A stretch of DNA of 59,775 nucleotides, counting the filler, from Stramenopiles sp. TOSAG23-3 (Eukaryota): the NCBI GenBank assembly GCA_900128585.1. It is 6 parts of 6 records of this genome, joined end to end, with 100 filler letters (N's around TTAATTAATTAA, not from the genome) between each part and the next. Parts side by side here need not be neighbours in the genome. Positions count along the whole stretch, not along the records: positions 53,899 to 55,791 come from LT645272.1; positions 55,892 to 57,783 come from LT645273.1; positions 57,884 to 59,775 come from LT645274.1; 3 more parts are not named here. One strand, given 5' to 3'. The notes under the pieces are model-generated. The model searched no databases, was not told the origin of the DNA, and was given only the letters and a program-made list of their open reading frames with translations. Position 1 is the first letter of the stretch, and each line of letters starts with the position of its first letter. Position numbers and translations under genes: made by a program. Of the stretch, positions 54,386 through 59,775 are shown one piece after another.

Positions 54386-54513
54386 AAGTGCTAGAGTGTG
54401 GTAAATACTTTAAAAAGTTTACGATAAAAAAAGGTTGTGTATAATATTTACTCGGTCGATAGAAGCGCTTAAATGCCTTGCATATCTAACGTGCGCGCGT
54501 GTGTGTTTAGAAT

Positions 54514-55791
54514 TTAGAATTGCTCGCCCTCTTCTTCGGTGGTCACAGGGTCTTCTCCCCTAATGACATCCAACCCAGTTTTGCAGTACTTGAATATTGA
54601 TTCTTGGTTTGGAATTTTAAGCTTCTTCATCATAACATTGTTCTGAAACGCAACGATGACCTCTGCCACTGTGTTCTCGTCCAAATCACTTTTTAAAACT
54701 TGCCACGTCGTTTCTCGCTTTTCAAATGAATCTAAGTTCTCCATCAAGCCTTTCGCGACCCATTGAATAAACTGCACATGCGATATCCAGCCCTGGTTCT
54801 TCATAAACAACCATTCTTTAACGGTAGACCGTAAGTCCTCTGTAAAATTCTCCGATAGAGATCCTTGCCAAATTATCGTTTCCCCAACCTTTGGCAATGT
54901 CCGCTCTGGAAAGTGGTCGCTGCGCTGCGAAACGCTAATCATTTCGTGGGCGAGCTTTTCATCCGGGGTTTCTTTGTAGAACCGGATTGTTTCGATCTTG
55001 TTCGACAGCTCCGCCCATGCAGCTTCAGCGTCTCTTCGTTGGACAATGAAGGCGTTCTCCTTCACCAGCTCCTCCTTTAAGTTTGCCATGACAATGTGGC
55101 CTTCGCGCCGCATGTCGAAGGAACCGTACAAGATTTTACTATGAAACAGCCCCACGCAGTGACACGCAGCAAGGTCTATCTCTTTCGAAATAAGCCTGTA
55201 TCTGTCAGTTTTCTCCGTGTCCTGGATGGTCATTTCGTCGTGCCTCCAGCTCTCTTCTTGTGCATACAGATCCCTTTGCCGTTCGGCCTCCAACAAAATG
55301 TCCCGTTCCTTGCGCAATTCCGCTACTCGCTGGTTGGCGACAACGGCCCTCCACCAACATTGAATGTTCATCGCTTCCCCACTTTTAAAATCTTGCCACT
55401 CTATGTGGTATTGTTGCCAGGCCAAGAAGCACATTTTCTCTGCACCAAGAAAGAGGCGTTTTACTAGCTCTCGCCGCCGCCGTAAAAATGTGCTGTTTTC
55501 TCTCCAAGTCGTGTAAAAGTGTTCCACGCGGGCGTTGATAGACCCTCTCATCATCCGTCTAAATTTTCGTTGTTTTTTGTATTCTCCTACCCACCCATTG
55601 AACGTGCGGATCATGGCCCCGTGGGTAATGTGCAGCAACAGGCGGCGGACACGGGCCTCCTGGTCGGCGTGTTTTGTCCGCATCCGTGATAAAATGCACC
55701 TTGCACAGTAGATTCTGAAATTCCTCTGAATTACCGAGGCGGCGTGCGTCTGCCGGCTAAGTATTTCCCTCCTTGCGTATGTTCGCAAACC
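54514..55791 (-). CDS. IQ-motif protein with W-containing helical repeats, 5' truncated by gap
   Basis: AASVIQRNFRIYCAR and AMNIQCWWRAVVAN IQ motifs; FNGW / YTTW / FLAW Sfi1-like repeats; frame open to the gap. Confidence 0.75.
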   Translation of the reverse strand, partial: GLRTYARREILSRQTHAASVIQRNFRIYCARCILSRMRTKHADQEARVRRLLLHITHGAMIRTFNGWVGEYKKQRKFRRMMRGSINARVEHFYTTWRENSTFLRRRRELVKRLFLGAEKMCFLAWQQYHIEWQDFKSGEAMNIQCWWRAVVANQRVAELRKERDILLEAERQRDLYAQEESWRHDEMTIQDTEKTDRYRLISKEIDLAACHCVGLFHSKILYGSFDMRREGHIVMANLKEELVKENAFIVQRRDAEAAWAELSNKIETIRFYKETPDEKLAHEMISVSQRSDHFPERTLPKVGETIIWQGSLSENFTEDLRSTVKEWLFMKNQGWISHVQFIQWVAKGLMENLDSFEKRETTWQVLKSDLDENTVAEVIVAFQNNVMMKKLKIPNQESIFKYCKTGLDVIRGEDPVTTEEEGEQF

Positions 55792-55891
55792 NNNNNNNNN
55801 NNNNNNNNNNNNNNNNNNNNNNNNNNNNNNNNNNNTTAATTAATTAANNNNNNNNNNNNNNNNNNNNNNNNNNNNNNNNNNNNNNNNNNNN
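55792..55891. other. Artificial contig-join spacer
   Basis: N44-TTAATTAATTAA-N44. Confidence 0.95.
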
Positions 55892-57783
55892 CGGTAAATC
55901 AGATGGCTTCTCCACCGTCTCAGCACCTCCCTTGACGGCGCCTCTAGAAGCATCATCACCAGCTCCATCAGCCCCACTAGAAGTCGCGTTAGTACCACTC
56001 TCACCACCATTGGTTGGGTCGTTAGTAACCCCCTCTGCACCTCCAGATGTATCAGCACGCGCACCATTGTCACCATCGGATGGGTCGTCTGCACTGCCAG
56101 TGGCCTCGCCTGCACCCACTTCCACAGGAGCCACAGTACCAGTCTCGAACTCAGATTCGTCAATTTCTTCTTCAGGGACGAGCTCCGTGTCTGTTTTCGG
56201 GACGACCACTTCTTCTTTTTGCACGACATCTGGATCGCTTACATTGCCATCGCTCAAGGCCTCTTGCTCAACTTCTTCGTCGCTGCTGGCAACATACGAT
56301 GACGCGTCGCTTCCACCGTATCCTCCGCCCGCGCTATCCTCCTCGTCAATATCGCTCCAAAACGATATCTCATTGTCCTCGTCGACTAAATTCTTGGCCA
56401 TCGTGGACAGTTCCAACTCTCCCACGAACTCTCCAAACGCACCTAGTTTGCTAACAACAAGATCAGCGGCGCTCATTAATTTAGCGTGGGGACCTTCCGG
56501 GAGTTCCAGGTTGTCCATCTGTCCGGCTAGATTGCTTGCAGCTTCCCCTCCGCTCTTTGCTGCATCTATCGCCGCAGAACTTGCAGACTCTACTCCACCA
56601 CTTGCCTCGCTGACAAGATTTTTAAAATCTTCTCCGGCATTTTTTGCTGCATCAGTCGCCGCAGCACTTGCAGCTCCTAGTCCATCGCTAGCCTCACTTG
56701 CAAGGGTTTTCAAATTTTCCCCAGCAGTTTTTGCAGCATCAGTCGCCGCAGCACTTGCAGCTTCTAGTCCATCACTAGCCTCACTCGCAATGGATTTCAA
56801 AGTTTCTCCAGCAGTTTTTGCAGCATCAGTGGCCGCAGCACTTGCATCATGCACTCCGTCTTGAACGGCGTTGGCCGTTTTCTTAATAGCTTCCCCAGCA
56901 GCAGATGCTCCCGTTACGACAGCTGCCGACACGTCTTTTGAAGCTTGTTTCGCTTGTTTTGCAGATTGGTTTGCAGCATTGGCTATCCCGTCGCCAGTCG
57001 TTTGCAACCCTTCTGCCACGGCTCCACTTAAAACTTTGCCTGCTTCCGTTGCCGTGTCCAGCACAGCCTGTATGTCTTCCACCGCACCCCTGGCACTATC
57101 ACCAACAACGCTGGCGGCTTTCGATGCTTCGTCCAGCGCCTGGCTTCCCGCGACGTTGACTTCGTCCGTTACCAATTTTCCTGCTGTTGAAGCGAGCTTC
57201 GCCCCCGACAGCAACTGACTCTTCGAGGAGCTGTACGCGTCCGTGACGAACGAGCTGAGGTTCTGCGCGATTGTCGCCCCAGTTTTGGCCGCAGCGCTGC
57301 GCTTCACCGCATCCAAGCTCTCCGCCGCCGCCTTCTGCGCGGCCAAGGCCTGGGTACGGGCGTACTCTTTCAATTTTTTCTGCTGAAGCAAATGCTCCGC
57401 CATTTTAAACTTTGCAATGAACAAGTAGGTCCGGATTGGGGACACGACCAGTGTGAACAGGATCACCCCTAGGTTGATTAGATTGAACGTGAACAGGATC
57501 ACGTCTTGGACTGTTTCGTTCTCCCAACCAAACCGGATCGACAAGCCGACCAAACAATTCACCACATTCGTTGACCCGGCAAACAGCTCCATCAACGACT
57601 CCATCCCGTCCGAGAAGGGGTGGTACCTCCCAGCGAGAAAAGCCTGGATGGCTACCAAAGCCACGCCAAACCACATCTTGGCACCTCTCACCAGACTCGG
57701 TGGTACGAACAGCAGAATACAGAGCAGCAATACCTTTTGCGCCATCGAAACGAGTTTGTAGTACCGCATGGAAAAACTGTACG
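55892..57783 (-). CDS. Internal fragment of a multi-TM protein with Ala-rich LEA-like repeats and acidic tail
   Basis: Frame open across the whole contig. About four TM helices (RYYKLVSMAQKVLL...YHPF...), then an Ala-rich amphipathic region and an acidic/Gly-rich region. Confidence 0.75.
56530..56850 (-). repeat. Coding 87-bp (29-aa) tandem repeat, about four copies
   Basis: GCATC anchors at 56562, 56649, 56736 and 56823 (87-bp period); unit ASAAATDAAKTAGExLKxxASEASDGLx. Confidence 0.9.
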
Positions 57784-57883
57784 NNNNNNNNNNNNNNNNN
57801 NNNNNNNNNNNNNNNNNNNNNNNNNNNTTAATTAATTAANNNNNNNNNNNNNNNNNNNNNNNNNNNNNNNNNNNNNNNNNNNN
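57784..57883. other. Artificial contig-join spacer
   Basis: N44-TTAATTAATTAA-N44. Confidence 0.95.
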
Positions 57884-58082
57884 TTCCAATTGATTGGTCT
57901 TAAAAGTACACAGCGGCATAAATGTTTTAAAGGGGCTCGTTGTCTGTGGTACTGCTCAATGAGATATCATAATATAATATATGAAATTTTGTTTCGTTGT
58001 TGGTTGTCAATCACCGAGGGGATGATATAATTTCCAATATAATATATAAATAAATATATTTTTCAAAACCTATTTAGGTGTC

Positions 58083-59549
58083 TCAGGTCCCTGCCATTTT
58101 GCATGCTGCCTGTATGTCATCGTAGATATAGCCGTAACTGCATGCCCTTTTGTCGATACCCTTGAGTCCCAAAACGGTTTCCCTCCCATAAAACTGTACC
58201 TCCGTTATGACGACTTGCTCGGGGACGCCGCCACCTTCCACTGCCTTTCCATACGGGCCAGTGTAAGCGCTCTTTACGAAGAGGCGGAAGTAGCGGCCGA
58301 CCGGGACCACCCCTGCATCAAAAAACTTCGAAGACTGCAACCCTTCGTTCCTGTACCCTTGCATTTCTTTACCACTCCAGCGCACCGCAACGTAAGAGCC
58401 CCCATCGTTTCCATCGACCACAAACTCGGCGGCGTCGTAAAACGGCCCAGAGCGCCGGCCTGCAAATTGAATGATACACACGCGCGGCCCATTTGCCCAT
58501 GCTGGGTAGACCCGAAAGCCTGTGATGCTATGACTCTTTTGCAAATCAAACAGGACCCACGTGTCTGAATTTAGTTTCAAGTGCACCCTGGTATCCAAAT
58601 CACCGTCGAAGAGAAGGCTCCCCTCCCCCCACAATTTATTGGCTGGTGCAAGGAACGCTTTCCACCCTTCCTTCGACACCAGCCAACGGTACGGCTGGAC
58701 TTCGGAGGAAATAACCGGGATGGCGATGCGCGGTGGCCGCTCTTCCAGTGTGGGCAACCTTCGAACGACTGCGACACGGGGGTAAAGATCGTTCTGCTGG
58801 GGGTAAAACGGCTGGTGATTGATAATCTCATTCTTGGAGTACAGTTTTCTGCCCTCCACCGCCTCATCCTCGGTCCCTGCCCCCTCCTCGTCGTCGTCGA
58901 CAACTGTTCCGGCCAAGGATGGGTCCAGCCCCCGCCCTCCGCCTTCCCCGCCCGCATCATCGTCGTACGGGTCGCTGTCGTACTGAACGCTAAGCCCGTG
59001 CTTTTTATTCGTTTCCGCGTCTTGCTGAAATAGAACGCTGTTGTCCATGATACCCAGCTGCCGGGGCGCATGGGACGACGGTTCGTCTTCCCCCCCAACT
59101 TTTGCCTTTCTCCTGCGTCTGGTTTCCTGCTCTCTATAAGGGATCGGGACCTCCACCACCGTCAGGATATGGTCTGTATCCTCCGCTTTGATAGTTTCCC
59201 ACCCCGCCTCGTCGTTTAAGATATCGTTTATGTTCAAGTTCTGATTCGACGATTCTGGTTTCGAAGCGTCTTTGACGTCCTCGGCCTTGTGCTGGTACAA
59301 AACGGCCTGTTCCAATTCTCTTTTCCGTTCCATAGCCTTTGCAATGGCATTCTTCACGTCTTCCCGTAGGAACCCCCTCGACATGGATTTCACTTTGCTC
59401 ATCACGTCTATTCCCGAGAACAAGTTCAATGATTCCATGTGCAACGATGCAACGTCCCCAGCCTCCCCATGGATGACCATTGCAAAGTATGCCATGTAAA
59501 TCACCCCAACCGTACACCATGCCCGAAAACCCCCTAAATTGAACTGCAT
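58083..59549 (-). CDS. Signal/anchor-bearing protein with C-terminal F5/8-type-C (galactose-binding-like) domain
   Basis: First ATG at 59549. N-terminal hydrophobic segment, acidic linker, then LFDGDLDT...WVLFDL...ITGFRV...RYFRL...ITEVQFYG. Confidence 0.75.
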   Translation of the reverse strand: MQFNLGGFRAWCTVGVIYMAYFAMVIHGEAGDVASLHMESLNLFSGIDVMSKVKSMSRGFLREDVKNAIAKAMERKRELEQAVLYQHKAEDVKDASKPESSNQNLNINDILNDEAGWETIKAEDTDHILTVVEVPIPYREQETRRRRKAKVGGEDEPSSHAPRQLGIMDNSVLFQQDAETNKKHGLSVQYDSDPYDDDAGGEGGGRGLDPSLAGTVVDDDEEGAGTEDEAVEGRKLYSKNEIINHQPFYPQQNDLYPRVAVVRRLPTLEERPPRIAIPVISSEVQPYRWLVSKEGWKAFLAPANKLWGEGSLLFDGDLDTRVHLKLNSDTWVLFDLQKSHSITGFRVYPAWANGPRVCIIQFAGRRSGPFYDAAEFVVDGNDGGSYVAVRWSGKEMQGYRNEGLQSSKFFDAGVVPVGRYFRLFVKSAYTGPYGKAVEGGGVPEQVVITEVQFYGRETVLGLKGIDKRACSYGYIYDDIQAACKMAGT

Positions 59550-59775
59550 GGTAGGCCAAATTGTCCCCAATTCCAAATTTCAATGTGCTTTCTTAAATAT
59601 CAAATCCACTCGTCTAAAGCTGTTCTCCATCTACAGTATCCTCCAACCAAACCTGAATAAAACACAAAGAAAGAAACATATAAATCATCAATGTTGATTA
59701 TTTTATTAAAATCGCATATGATTCATACGTTTAAAATTATATTTTATATAAATTATTTAAAATTCATTCTTCATA

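Noticed and set aside
56530-56850. 87-bp periodic repeats as a CRISPR array
   Set aside because: The units are in-frame coding repeats with synonymous variation, no unique spacers and no cas genes.
55932-57218. Long plus-strand ORFs (310 aa, 115 aa)
   Set aside because: They are antisense shadows of the Ala/acidic repeat gene.
17949-57839. Repeated TTAATTAATTAA palindrome (five copies) as a biological element
   Set aside because: It is always centred in a 100-bp N spacer and has stops in all frames, so it is an assembly linker.

Overview
A gene-dense, almost intron-free eukaryotic scaffold: GC-richer coding blocks separated by AT-rich, microsatellite-laden spacers. It is probably from a flagellated SAR (stramenopile-like) protist, judging by a Rab1A-type GTPase, a CEP164-like protein, a PKD2 channel and ARM/IQ proteins. 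Several contigs are joined by artificial N44-TTAATTAATTAA-N44 spacers, so gene order across those joins is unreliable. About 26 coding regions are supported, including ARF1, Rab1A, proteasome alpha-6, APC13, HOP2, a BRCA1/BARD1-like RING-BRCT gene, WDR77/MEP50, an exostosin-type glycosyltransferase and an atypical transketolase. The main highlight is a tail-to-tail cobT + cobS pair (cobamide lower-ligand activation and attachment) on a contig of eukaryotic genes. cobS carries the only clear spliceosomal intron I found (71 nt; GTAAGT...TACTAAC...AG), suggesting a nuclear vitamin B12 remodelling mini-cluster. Other points of interest are a divergent 14-3-3 fusion, a transketolase with His-to-Trp at a catalytic site, a head-to-head HOP2/BRCA1-like pair, a probable breakpoint near 29.6 kb, an uncharacterised 2-TM protein with three barrel repeats, and recurrent intergenic motifs. 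All family assignments come from motif recognition by eye, not database searches.
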